A DNA stretch of 29,599 nucleotides from a virus (lineage: Duplodnaviria > Caudoviricetes). The stretch covers positions 1-29,599 of the IMG/VR virus record IMGVR_UViG_3300012953_000146. The stretch is one strand, 5' to 3'. The notes below the pieces were generated by a model. The model saw only the letters and a list, made by a program, of their open reading frames with translations. It ran no database searches and had not been told where the DNA came from. The first letter of the stretch is position 1; the number at the start of each line of letters is the position of its first letter. Both the position numbers and the translations under genes were made by a program. Positions 1 through 8,400 of the stretch are shown here, in pieces.

Positions 1-202
1 ACTATTAAACAGTTACACATTTGAAGCAAAGAAAATTGTTTACTATTCAGTAACAGTTGGTGCAGAAAATAAGACTGAAGCAAAGAGAATTGCAAAAGAT
101 TTTGAACATTGCCAACATTATGAAGAGGTTGAAAGATGTGATGGATTTGAATATAAGGTAGGTAAAATGTTAGAAACAACTGATGAAAGGTGGTTATCAT
201 GA
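1..202 (+). CDS. Hypothetical phage protein, 5'-truncated by the window edge
   Basis: Frame 2 is open from position 2 (LLNSYTFEAKKIVYYSVTVGAENKTEAKRIAKDFEH...ERWLS) to TGA at 200-202, which overlaps the ATG at 199 (ATGA coupling). Confidence 0.75.
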   Translation, partial: LLNSYTFEAKKIVYYSVTVGAENKTEAKRIAKDFEHCQHYEEVERCDGFEYKVGKMLETTDERWLS

Positions 203-468
203 CTAAAGTAACAACAATTGATGACCAATTCATCTATAGAAGTGATGCTTTTGGACGTGCATTTTGGGTTGATAAGTATAACGACTTACAATCTGCGGCA
301 CTATTTGTAGATAATAGCATTGATTTTGATAATGCTGATTATGTATCAGAGTGGGATGAATTCAGTGAGGTAGATGTTAAAGAACTCTTGAACATTTACG
401 CACTTGTTGTTAATCAACGTGCATTACTAACTGTTAATGAAGACAAACTAGTTGTGGAGGTTATTTAA
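199..468 (+). CDS. Small acidic hypothetical protein
   Basis: Track ORF 190..468. The ATG at 199 is preferred because of the ATGA overlap with the upstream stop. Confidence 0.8.
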   Translation: MTKVTTIDDQFIYRSDAFGRAFWVDKYNDLQSAALFVDNSIDFDNADYVSEWDEFSEVDVKELLNIYALVVNQRALLTVNEDKLVVEVI

Positions 469-470
469 CA

Positions 471-683
471 ATGAGTTATGAGAATACCACACACAAAGTT
501 AATCTAACTGGTGGTGAAATATCCACCATTTTATATTACTTAGATCAAGTTGCGGAAGACTGTGGGACGGATTACATACCGTCACAAGACGTTCAGCGCA
601 TCTACGCGGAACTTCAGAGCGTAACCGACAATTACTATGCCAGTCAAGAAAGTGTCACAAACTATGCAGATTACTCGTGGTAA
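471..683 (+). CDS. Small hypothetical protein, paralog of 1591..1764
   Basis: GGAGG RBS upstream and tight packing. Shares a VxLTxxExxTILxYxD/E...LQ pattern with 1591..1764. Confidence 0.8.
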   Translation: MSYENTTHKVNLTGGEISTILYYLDQVAEDCGTDYIPSQDVQRIYAELQSVTDNYYASQESVTNYADYSW

Positions 684-725
684 TCGGTTATACTTAAGAA
701 GTCAAACAAACACAGCATTTATTCC
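638..725 (+). promoter_or_regulatory. Early promoter module, copy 1: imperfect palindrome + -10 box + leader
   Basis: TGCCAGTCAAGAAAGTGTCAC (638-658), 30 nt, TATACT (689-694), then CAAACAAA..GCATTT before ATG 726. Same layout as 1795-1878. Confidence 0.65.
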
Positions 726-1073
726 ATGAGAAAACTTGAAAGACAAATGAACTTCGCAGTTAGCAACAAAGGTAACTGGGCAGGATCAAATACAAGTGTT
801 TCTTACAATGATTCAACAAACTGTTCAAAAGTCTTCTTACATGGTCATCACATAGCAACAGTAGACCACTCTACAAACGCGGTTAAACTTGATTCATGTG
901 GATACGAGACCGTAACCACTAAGTCTAGATTAAATGCACTATTAGAAGAGGTCAAGTACGGTGCTAGAGTATTCCAGAAAAACTTTGATTGGTTCGTATC
1001 ATTTCGTGGTCAGGTGTCAACATTTACTGATGGCATGATCCTATTAGATACCCAAAATTTAGAGATAGCATAG
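726..1073 (+). CDS. Conserved cyanophage-type hypothetical protein
   Basis: 115-aa ORF directly behind the promoter module. The MRKLERQM...VFLHGHHIA...TTKSRLNALL pattern resembles small cyanomyovirus early proteins (from recall). Confidence 0.85.
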   Translation: MRKLERQMNFAVSNKGNWAGSNTSVSYNDSTNCSKVFLHGHHIATVDHSTNAVKLDSCGYETVTTKSRLNALLEEVKYGARVFQKNFDWFVSFRGQVSTFTDGMILLDTQNLEIA

Positions 1074-1086
1074 TCTATCTCTTTTT
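1061..1086 (+). terminator. Possible rho-independent terminator/hairpin over the stop codon
   Basis: AGAGATAG (1061-1068) pairs with CTATCTCT (1075-1082), followed by TTTT. Confidence 0.45.
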
Positions 1087-1167
1087 ACTAGGCATGAGGT
1101 GGGTTCTTTGATCCCTATCTGTAAGTCCTACCAATACTCTTAGACTTAAATTCATTACATTTTCACT

Positions 1168-1422
1168 ATGCCAACTATTAAAGAATTGAACAACTTTGTA
1201 AACTATGTTTGGTCTTTTTATGGTGAACATAGTGATACATTGTACCCTATTAAAGGTTTAACTAAGGGTCACATTTACGATGCCTTCTTTACATATAAGA
1301 GAAGGATTGAGAAGGGTGACTTAGAATATGTTCACTATTCATGGGGTGATGGTGATAGTTTAGATAGAGAAAGAGTAAGAGATATTATACTTGAAAATCC
1401 AAGATTAGTAATAAGTTATTAA
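1168..1422 (+). CDS. Hypothetical protein
   Basis: 84-aa ATG ORF with a GDSLDRERVRDI C-terminal motif; fills the space between two intergenic elements. Confidence 0.8.
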   Translation: MPTIKELNNFVNYVWSFYGEHSDTLYPIKGLTKGHIYDAFFTYKRRIEKGDLEYVHYSWGDGDSLDRERVRDIILENPRLVISY

Positions 1423-1484
1423 TTAGTATGGGAATGTGTTTGCCCTAAAGTTACACATTATTCACACACTTTGAGGTCTTAATT

Positions 1485-1589
1485 ATGGCATACTCTCCAG
1501 CATTTCTTGATGAATTGTTTGAAGATTGTGTAAATGGTAATGACATTCTATCATTACTTGAAGATTTAGTGGAGGAAGTTAACTATTAA
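1485..1589 (+). CDS. 34-aa acidic hypothetical protein
   Basis: MAYSPAFLDELFEDCVNGNDILSLLEDLVEEVNY, with GAGGT upstream. Below the track size cutoff. Confidence 0.65.
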   Translation: MAYSPAFLDELFEDCVNGNDILSLLEDLVEEVNY

Positions 1590-1590
1590 A

Positions 1591-1764
1591 GTGGTACTTA
1601 CTAAACTCAATCTCGCCTCAGTTCTTCTTACTGAAGAAGAAGTAAATACGATTCTATTTTATATTGAATCGGGAATACAAGGCGAAGATCTTGATACTCA
1701 AGAAGAAACAGTTGTTAACAATTTGTTTGACAAATTGCAAAATGCAACTGTATTAAATGCCTAG
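1591..1764 (+). CDS. 57-aa hypothetical protein, paralog of 471..683
   Basis: GTG start 1 nt after the upstream stop; MVLTKLNLASVLLTEEEVNTILFYIESG...LFDKLQNATVLNA. Confidence 0.7.
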   Translation: MVLTKLNLASVLLTEEEVNTILFYIESGIQGEDLDTQEETVVNNLFDKLQNATVLNA

Positions 1765-1793
1765 CACATATGTGCACCTGTTTGTTATACTAT

Positions 1794-1878
1794 GTGCCAC
1801 TTATTTTAGTGGCACTTTTTATAGTGAAATTTGCCTATCTTGCTCTATAATTAATACATAACAAACAAAGCATTTCAA
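1794..1878 (+). promoter_or_regulatory. Early promoter module, copy 2: palindrome + -10 box + leader
   Basis: Perfect 8-bp inverted repeat GTGCCACT-TATTTT-AGTGGCAC (1794-1815), 30 nt, TATAAT (1846-1851), then CAAACAAAGCATTT before ATG 1879. Confidence 0.7.
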
Positions 1879-2331
1879 ATGACCATTTCAACCGAAACTC
1901 TCAAAACACAAACTAAAGTCCTAGAGTGGACAGAAGGACTATGCAAAGCACTTGAGCGCAATTACAAAAACTATCATGTTCGTTCAATGCAGTCCATGAA
2001 CTCTCGCGACGGTGGATCATCTTATTGTCAAGCACAGTTGAAGGCAGTAGAAGACGGTACAGCAAACCTAATGAGATTTAAGGTAATGAATGGCAAAAGA
2101 TATTATAAGGTCATACAGCAGGATTTTGACACCTTTCAGGACAGAAACGAGTATAAGGACGGATCCGTTCATGCTTTCATTGATAAGAACACTGGAGAAG
2201 TTTACAAACCAGCATCATGGAGAGCACCAGCAAAGCACGTAAGATATGATATGAGAATTATCAGTCAAAGAGAGTTTTTACATGACTCAGCGAATACAGG
2301 TTGGGCGGGAGGATATCTCTATATGAGATAA
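1879..2331 (+). CDS. Conserved phage hypothetical protein
   Basis: 150 aa. The GKRYYKV...SVHAFIDKNTGEVYKPASWRAPAKHVRY...WAGGYLY pattern is one I recall from T4-like cyanophages; function unknown. Confidence 0.88.
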   Translation: MTISTETLKTQTKVLEWTEGLCKALERNYKNYHVRSMQSMNSRDGGSSYCQAQLKAVEDGTANLMRFKVMNGKRYYKVIQQDFDTFQDRNEYKDGSVHAFIDKNTGEVYKPASWRAPAKHVRYDMRIISQREFLHDSANTGWAGGYLYMR

Positions 2332-2389
2332 TCTCTCATGCTATTTGATACCCACGCCAATTTTTTTCATTCTTTAACTAACATTTATC

Positions 2390-2542
2390 ATGCAACCATT
2401 GACCTCACAAATCTATCAAGAACTCTTGAAGGATTACGACCAACTAAATGATACTTTAGAGATCATACAACAGACTGAGAAAGTATTACAAACCCCTGTT
2501 AATTATCAGTACAAACCGTATAGAACTCTCTTTAATTACTAA
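2390..2542 (+). CDS. 50-aa hypothetical protein
   Basis: MQPLTSQIYQELLKDYDQLNDTLEIIQQTEKVLQTPVNYQYKPYRTLFNY; fills the gap on the coding strand. Confidence 0.65.
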   Translation: MQPLTSQIYQELLKDYDQLNDTLEIIQQTEKVLQTPVNYQYKPYRTLFNY

Positions 2543-2553
2543 TATAGATAACA

Positions 2554-2721
2554 ATGAACGTCACCAAATCTACAAGAGCAGGTAAGAACGGAAAAGTGAT
2601 AGTTTGCCCACTATGTGATAGTCGGGCACGTGTATTTCACTTTAGTTGGTCATCAGTTAGTTGCCTAAATTGCAACCATTTGATTGATAAGCAAGACTGG
2701 CAATTACCTGATCCAAAGTAA
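2554..2721 (+). CDS. Small zinc-ribbon protein (CxxC...CxxC)
   Basis: MNVTKSTRAGKNGKVIVCPLCDSRARVFHFSWSSVSCLNCNHLIDKQDWQLPDPK, 55 aa, two CxxC pairs. Confidence 0.8.
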   Translation: MNVTKSTRAGKNGKVIVCPLCDSRARVFHFSWSSVSCLNCNHLIDKQDWQLPDPK

Positions 2722-2740
2722 CAACAACTGTTTTCCCACT

Positions 2741-3376
2741 ATGTCTAATGAATTAAGCGACAATCTCCAAGAGGAAGTATTACAAAAGAACCAAACATTT
2801 GGTATTTTTCCACAAGCAGTCTCATCATTTACGCTTCCTAATCATAAACAATTCAAGCAAGATTTGCTGAAGTGGATGACAAATAAGGATTTAGTTCCAG
2901 ATCATAATAGGAGGATGATTTCACACAATGTAACAACAATCGGCAAGGATAATGAGGTATTAAATGATATCCCCGATTTGAAAGATGCCCTCATGTTGTT
3001 GATAGATAAGCACAATAATAATGCTAATAACTATCAATCAAGATTACAGGTCAGTGAATGTTACTTAGAACTTGCAGATGAGGGGTCTATCTATGCACCA
3101 CATGAAGCAAGTAATTGCCTCTATAGTGCAATTTACTTTGTTAATTACGACTCTAAATTACATTCACCTCTTAAATTTAGAAGGCATATTGTATCATCTT
3201 TCTTTCCCGTATTACAGGTGCCTTGTAGTAAAGAATCGATCTTTAATCAACCTGAATGTTTTATACCTTACAGTGAAGGAGATGTTGTTATTTTTCCCTC
3301 TAATCTTACACGAGGTTATGAATCAAACTCTACAGGAGAGAGAATATCACTTAGTCTAAATATTGCACCAACTTAG
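2741..3376 (+). CDS. 2OG-Fe(II) oxygenase-like protein (TIGR02466-type) with degenerate metal ligands
   Basis: Family signatures IFP near the N-terminus, PH...LYSAIYFV and EGDVVIFPSNL...ERISLSLNI. ATG 2741 is preferred over TTG 2684, which would overlap the zinc-ribbon gene. Confidence 0.8.
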   Translation: MSNELSDNLQEEVLQKNQTFGIFPQAVSSFTLPNHKQFKQDLLKWMTNKDLVPDHNRRMISHNVTTIGKDNEVLNDIPDLKDALMLLIDKHNNNANNYQSRLQVSECYLELADEGSIYAPHEASNCLYSAIYFVNYDSKLHSPLKFRRHIVSSFFPVLQVPCSKESIFNQPECFIPYSEGDVVIFPSNLTRGYESNSTGERISLSLNIAPT

Positions 3377-3418
3377 TTATCAACAACTATGCGCTACTTT
3401 TCCACAGTTTTTTCCACA
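3377..3418 (+). repeat. Cluster of DnaA-box-like 9-mers
   Basis: TTTTCCACA at 3398-3406 and 3410-3418; TTATCAACA (one mismatch to TTATCCACA) at 3377-3385. Confidence 0.5.
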
Positions 3419-3586
3419 AACCCTGTTAAATTGCATGATAAAAGTAATACTTAAATAAACATAGGTTAGTGTTATATTGTTTGAGTAAGTATGCGATCAA
3501 TTGTTGTCTCTAACTGTAGCATATCGTCACAGAGTTGTCAACACATAGGGGAGCATATTTTCAAACCCTGACTATTACTGAACTTA

Positions 3587-3615
3587 TTGCAATTTGCTCA
3601 CTAATGCTCTATAAT
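3587..3615 (+). promoter_or_regulatory. Sigma70-type early promoter
   Basis: TTGCAA (3587-3592), 17 nt, TATAAT (3610-3615). Shares TGCTCTATAAT with the promoter at 1841-1851. Confidence 0.7.
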
Positions 3616-3655
3616 ACGTTCAGTCCTTCGATGTTAACTTGCCTCGCAATTCCTC

Positions 3656-3835
3656 ATGGGAAGAACTTACAAACGCAACGACCTCTATTCAACACATAGA
3701 GCGAAAAGTATCAGAGAAAAGAGAAACAAATCAAAATCAAATAAACTCTCCTTCGATGATAACAATGCTCCCGCTAATTACACTACTAAGTATCAACAAC
3801 TGCGCGATACTAAGTATAAACATAGAGGGTACTGA
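3656..3835 (+). CDS. Small basic (Lys/Arg-rich) hypothetical protein
   Basis: MGRTYKRNDLYSTHRAKSIREKRNKSKSNK...KYKHRGY, 59 aa. ATG start behind the promoter; preferred over the overlapping TTG ORF 3639..3839. Confidence 0.7.
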   Translation: MGRTYKRNDLYSTHRAKSIREKRNKSKSNKLSFDDNNAPANYTTKYQQLRDTKYKHRGY

Positions 3836-3914
3836 TTAAAGACAGAAAGTAATAACGTACATTGCCTAATTTGCCCATTTTGCTTAACACTTTCTTTGCT
3901 CTAATTTGCCTATT

Positions 3915-4097
3915 ATGACTAAACAGATTACCCTTGAAACTTCACCCCCTGTAGATGTTAAATTGTGGGAAACACGTAGTAAACACTTTTGGGCATACAA
4001 TTACCCACAATGTAATAAGAATGGTCCATTCAGTTCTTATCATTCAGCGTTGAAAGATGCGATAACACATAGTAACCCTAATCAGGAGGTGGGTTAG
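3915..4097 (+). CDS. Hypothetical protein
   Basis: ATG 3915 (MTKQITLETSPP...GPFSSYHSALKDA); its stop overlaps the next GTG start. Confidence 0.75.
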   Translation: MTKQITLETSPPVDVKLWETRSKHFWAYNYPQCNKNGPFSSYHSALKDAITHSNPNQEVG

Positions 4098-4288
4098 TGT
4101 CAACAATTCCAAAGAGATTGCAGGTCTTATTAGACATCTACGATGAGGGTAATTTGCCCCCTGATGAACAAATAGAGATGGCACAGTTCTTAATAGATTG
4201 TGACCTACACAATGACCTGCTACAGTATCAACAACTATGTGATTATTACATTGCTGAGGGTATGTGTTATGATGTGCAATTAGCATGA
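4097..4288 (+). CDS. Small acidic hypothetical protein
   Basis: GTG start with an AGGAGGT RBS; 63 aa. Confidence 0.8.
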   Translation: MSTIPKRLQVLLDIYDEGNLPPDEQIEMAQFLIDCDLHNDLLQYQQLCDYYIAEGMCYDVQLA

Positions 4289-4411
4289 CTAATTAACAAC
4301 AACTGTTTATGCACTAATTAACATTTTGCTATATTAAAAATTGATATTGTGTTAACCTACAAAAGTATAGGATCGAGAGTGAGATATCGAAATAAAAATA
4401 AAAAATTATAT

Positions 4412-4451
4412 AAAAAATCCTCCCTAGGGGTTTCTCTACGGGAGGAATTTC
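4412..4451. terminator. Strong hairpin, likely a (bidirectional) terminator at the early/late boundary
   Basis: TCCTCCC (4418-4424) pairs with GGGAGGA (4440-4446), extended by TAGGG/CTCTA. A-run on the left, ATTTT on the right, in an AT-rich intergenic region. Confidence 0.55.
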
Positions 4452-4493
4452 ATTATGTTAGTATAACTAGTAAAGAATTATTGAAGATCATAT

Positions 4494-4964
4494 ATGAATC
4501 GCTCCGAAAAACTTTCCGAATTAAAAAATAATTTCTCAGACCTAATTGATCTCCCTTGGTCTGGTAGACGTTATCCTGGTTGTTACTCAGTTATACAAAA
4601 GTACTTCGCTAAGTATCACCCAGACAAGAGGACTCTCGCAGACTTCTCTTCACTTAACATCTACAGTTTCAACCAAGATGCGTTGGATGCAGAGAATGGT
4701 GTGTATGCATGGAAGAGTGCGTGGGGTGATATGTTAGACTTCGAGGTTATCCAAGAACATGACCTTATGTTATATCGTGTGTTTACTGACCCGTTGATAG
4801 GAGGTTACTCAGTACCAGTGGATCGTGCACCTAACCACGGAGCGATATACCTAGGTGATGGTTTTATTTTACATCAGTTATATAAACAAACTAGTGAGAT
4901 ATGTGATATTCAACAAAGTGGTCTTACCTTATATCAGACTGCTTGTGTTGGGGGAGTTCGATAA
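4494..4964 (+). CDS. NlpC/P60-family cysteine peptidase-like protein
   Basis: LPWSGRRYPGCYSVIQKYF (catalytic Cys) and PNHGAIYLGDGFILHQ (His...His) match the NlpC/P60 triad layout of phage tail-assembly K-like proteins. Confidence 0.75.
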   Translation: MNRSEKLSELKNNFSDLIDLPWSGRRYPGCYSVIQKYFAKYHPDKRTLADFSSLNIYSFNQDALDAENGVYAWKSAWGDMLDFEVIQEHDLMLYRVFTDPLIGGYSVPVDRAPNHGAIYLGDGFILHQLYKQTSEICDIQQSGLTLYQTACVGGVR

Positions 4965-4997
4965 TACATACATACCTACAGTAAAGGAAATAAGAGT

Positions 4998-5162
4998 ATG
5001 AGTAAAAGATATACTCTACAATTAGTAGAGGATGATGATGGAAATTTATCCGTTACATTTCCCACAGATCTCATGGAAGAACTAGGGTGGACAGATGGTA
5101 CTACTATAGAGTATACTGAGGAAGAGTTTGGTACACTTTGTTTAGAGAAGTACGAACCATAA
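4998..5162 (+). CDS. AbrB/MazE/SpoVT-like small DNA-binding-fold protein
   Basis: MSKRYTLQLVEDDDGNLSVTFPTDLMEELGWTDGTTIEY...; the VTFPxxLxxxLGWxxGxxI pattern is characteristic. AAGGA upstream. Missed by the track (54 aa). Confidence 0.75.
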   Translation: MSKRYTLQLVEDDDGNLSVTFPTDLMEELGWTDGTTIEYTEEEFGTLCLEKYEP

Positions 5163-5183
5163 AAAAATGGCGAGTGGAACTCA

Positions 5184-5480
5184 ATGGAAATAACAAGATC
5201 TTTAAAAATGAACAACGAGACGATTGAAGAAACCAAGTATGTAGACATACAAGATGCAATGACTCAAGTTAGTAAGAACTTTGAATTTGTTGCCAATGGG
5301 TTAGAAAACTTATCCAGTAGGTTGTCGGTGCTGGAGGAAGCGTTTAATAAGATGCCTCCACCTGGTCCAGAGATGATTCAATTTAAACCTCCTGGTGAGG
5401 ATGAGTACAAAAATCTCGCCTCCGTCTTCGAAGATCTCTATGACCGAATAAATACAATTGAGACTGTACTTGGAATCTAG
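5184..5480 (+). CDS. Hypothetical coiled-coil protein (alternative start 5208)
   Basis: Heptad-like segments LENLSSRLSVLEE and LYDRINTIE; stop overlaps the next GTG. Confidence 0.8.
   Translation: MEITRSLKMNNETIEETKYVDIQDAMTQVSKNFEFVANGLENLSSRLSVLEEAFNKMPPPGPEMIQFKPPGEDEYKNLASVFEDLYDRINTIETVLGI
5447..5454 (+). promoter_or_regulatory. T4-like late promoter (NATAAATA)
   Basis: AATAAATA 25 nt upstream of the 5480 start. Confidence 0.55.
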
Positions 5481-8400
5481 TGCCAGCGTATATATTAGAA
5501 ACAGGTCGATCATACCGTAATCCCATAGAAGCAAAGGACTTCTTAAGAAGTTGGGATGGGTATGAGGGTGTGCCTGATGGGTATCAAATAGAATTTTATG
5601 ATGAAGGTCCAGGTTCCCTTCCTCTAGGGAAGGATAACGTCCATTATATTGGAGACGAGCAAGAAATAATAGTAGGTACCGAAAGAATGGGTATCTACCG
5701 TTTCTATAAAGGTGGTACAGGTGCAAACCATGATTACTGGGATGAGAGTGTATTAACAAAAGATGATTTTCCAGGAGAGAAGAATAAAGGAAAGGCAATA
5801 AAAGCATACCATCCTGAACCAAGAAGGAATGCTCCTATATTCTACATGCTAGACACCCCAGAAGAGGGCACAGCAGTTCCATTCCACAGGCATTATAGTT
5901 CTACCCTTAAGAATACTAAATTAACTAGTAACACCTCAGAAGCAGGTTATACTAATTGTGGTGTTATAGGATATATGGCAGCAGGACAAACTGCAGCACA
6001 AGTCTATGGAGGAGGGGAAGTACCCTTATATCATTATTTTTCCACAGTCCATAATAACGATTTCTATACAACCAACCCCTCAGATGAGGTAAACTTATCA
6101 GGAGGACCAATTCCTCCTAAAGATGTACAGCAAGGACAGTACGTATATCAAGGAATTATAGGGTGGGCATATACAACACCCTTTCCTTCCCCTACATTAG
6201 GTGCATACTTTGACTCTACAGGAAATAATTTAGTTGTAACAGGTTCAAGTAGTGGAAATATTGATATAGAATATCGTTGGAATGATAATCCAGGTACAGC
6301 AAGTGTCAATGTAGACACAATCCAGATCGGTACGAAGACTTGGACAAGATCTGGAAGGTCAGGAAACCAGTCTGAGAAGATAAGTGGGTTAACACCAGGC
6401 TCATATCCGATTACATATACTAATTTACATGCTGCTAACAGTCCAATTGAGGTTAGAGATGGTGGACAGTGGTTATGTTTGAAGGATGGGCATGGAAATG
6501 ACTGTAATGGTATCCTTAGAATCCTTATGGTTGAGGATCGTAGGCAGAAAACAGTTATAGATGTAGGTAAAATTGGTCCTTGTGGTCAATGTGTAGACAA
6601 AACTGGGTGGTATGACTACCGTCCAGAGGATGATGACGATTATAATGGCAATAGTCAGTACACATACTTCATGTACAGACAGCAAATGGATCAAAATGGC
6701 AACCGTTGGGAGGGAACTCCTGCTGTAAATGGTTGGGGTGACTCTGATTTTGCTGAAATGTTGACTGAAGATGCACTTTTTGAGTGGTCTTACGGTTTGA
6801 ACGGTGCTGTTAAGGGTTCTGTTCCTCGATATTTGGGTTTCGAGGACATGTATGACTCTCAGTTTGTCTATTATTTGTATGATACGTCCTTTCCTTGGAA
6901 CGGTCCGATCTATTCTATACAGTATACGCTCTCAGATGCGGCATGTTGCCCTAATGCAGAGGACTCATCGGGTTGTCCAGAGTGTATTCCTAACTATACT
7001 TACCATTCTCACTTCTATTCTATACGTGAAGACATGTGGCAGACCACTAATTCACGTATAGAGTTGTCTGATGGTAACTCAACAGGTGTAAATGAGTCAT
7101 TCTGGGTTGCTGATACTAGTACAACACGCCTACTATTCCGCTATACATCAACTACTGGTGCGTTTAAGCGTGGAGAAATGATCAATGGGTGGTTAATTAG
7201 TGAAGTTCGTTACTTTGGAGACAAGCAAAAGTGCGGTTTCATGGAATTAAATGAGATGGATAGCGATATGCCCGCTGGTGAACCCTTTGTTTACCGCCAA
7301 ACTTACACTGCAGAGGATGGTGCAACCGCAATTGCACTTGCAGGATTTGGAATATTTGACAAATGTGCGTTCTTTGGTGTGTATGAGTTCAGAAAAAACA
7401 TATCTTACTACCGAGTAGAGGTCAATCAGGACGCATTGGTCGCTATGAGGACGCTAGATGAGGCAAAACTGGAACCTGTCATCAATGATAATGGTGAATT
7501 GGTCGATGTTATCATCATTAATTCGGGTAAAGGGTACAACTTAGAGAACATTCAACTAGCAGTTAGCTCTCCTGGAGTCATGGAAGAGTTCACAGGAGGT
7601 GATTTAGCGTCAGAGATGTACAATCAGAACAAGGTGGAGAGTAAAATCATCCCAACTTGGCCACCAGAGACCGTAGATCAGGGTGATGATCTCATAACTA
7701 CGGGTGATTATGACATCCAAATGTTCAATGCTATTGAAAAAGGATCCAATACACTGTCTGCTAGTGATGATGCCGTAGCAAAACAGGTGGTATTTAACAG
7801 AGGAAAGGCAGTACAGCAGAAACAAGCGATAGTTAGGGTTACTGAGATTGATGATTCGGGGTCAATCATTGGTGTTATCATCGATGAGGGTGGTGCAGGG
7901 TACACTGCTGACCACCCACCATACATTGCTGTAGTCATTCCAGACAAGAAAACCGCTGGTTTTGATGGTACAGACATGTCTGGAGCAAAAACTAACACTG
8001 GTCAGTACGATAATGTTAAGCAACACATATCAACAAAGGATGGTTTTGACATTGACGCACTAATGTCACGCCCATTTGAGGAAATTGAAGCGGGTACGTC
8101 GGTAGATATACCCGAAGGTTACTTAAAAATCACTGAAATATCAGATACAGAGCAAACTACACTGTGTAATGACCTCCCTGCTGCTTGTTTAGCACATAGT
8201 TTTCCTGGAATTGTCTCTGATGCACTTCCACAAGATGATCAATTCTCTGAAGTAACCAAGTTTTCACCAAATCTTGCTACTTTCTATGCTGAAGTTTGGC
8301 CTGATGCAATACTAGCAGGTAAAACTGCCGATAGAGAAGCAGTTAATGTTGGTGGATTGTATGGTTTTAACAAAGGACAGAACTGTATTGTCCTTCCTCA

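Noticed and set aside
2310-2336. Hairpin TATCTC-TATAT-GAGATA over the stop of 1879..2331
   Set aside because: AT-rich weak stem with no adjacent U-tract; insufficient support for a terminator.
2684-2740. Track start (TTG 2684) for the oxygenase-like gene
   Set aside because: Overlaps the zinc-ribbon ORF 2554..2721; ATG 2741 gives clean packing.
3072-3359. 95-aa alternative-frame ORF
   Set aside because: Lies wholly within the oxygenase-like gene and has no recognizable features.
3639-3839. Track ORF with a TTG start
   Set aside because: The overlapping ATG ORF 3656..3835 has a better start context and a more protein-like sequence.
4349-4531. 60-aa Lys-rich ORF
   Set aside because: Translation of AT-rich intergenic A-runs and a hairpin; overlaps the NlpC/P60 start and has no RBS.
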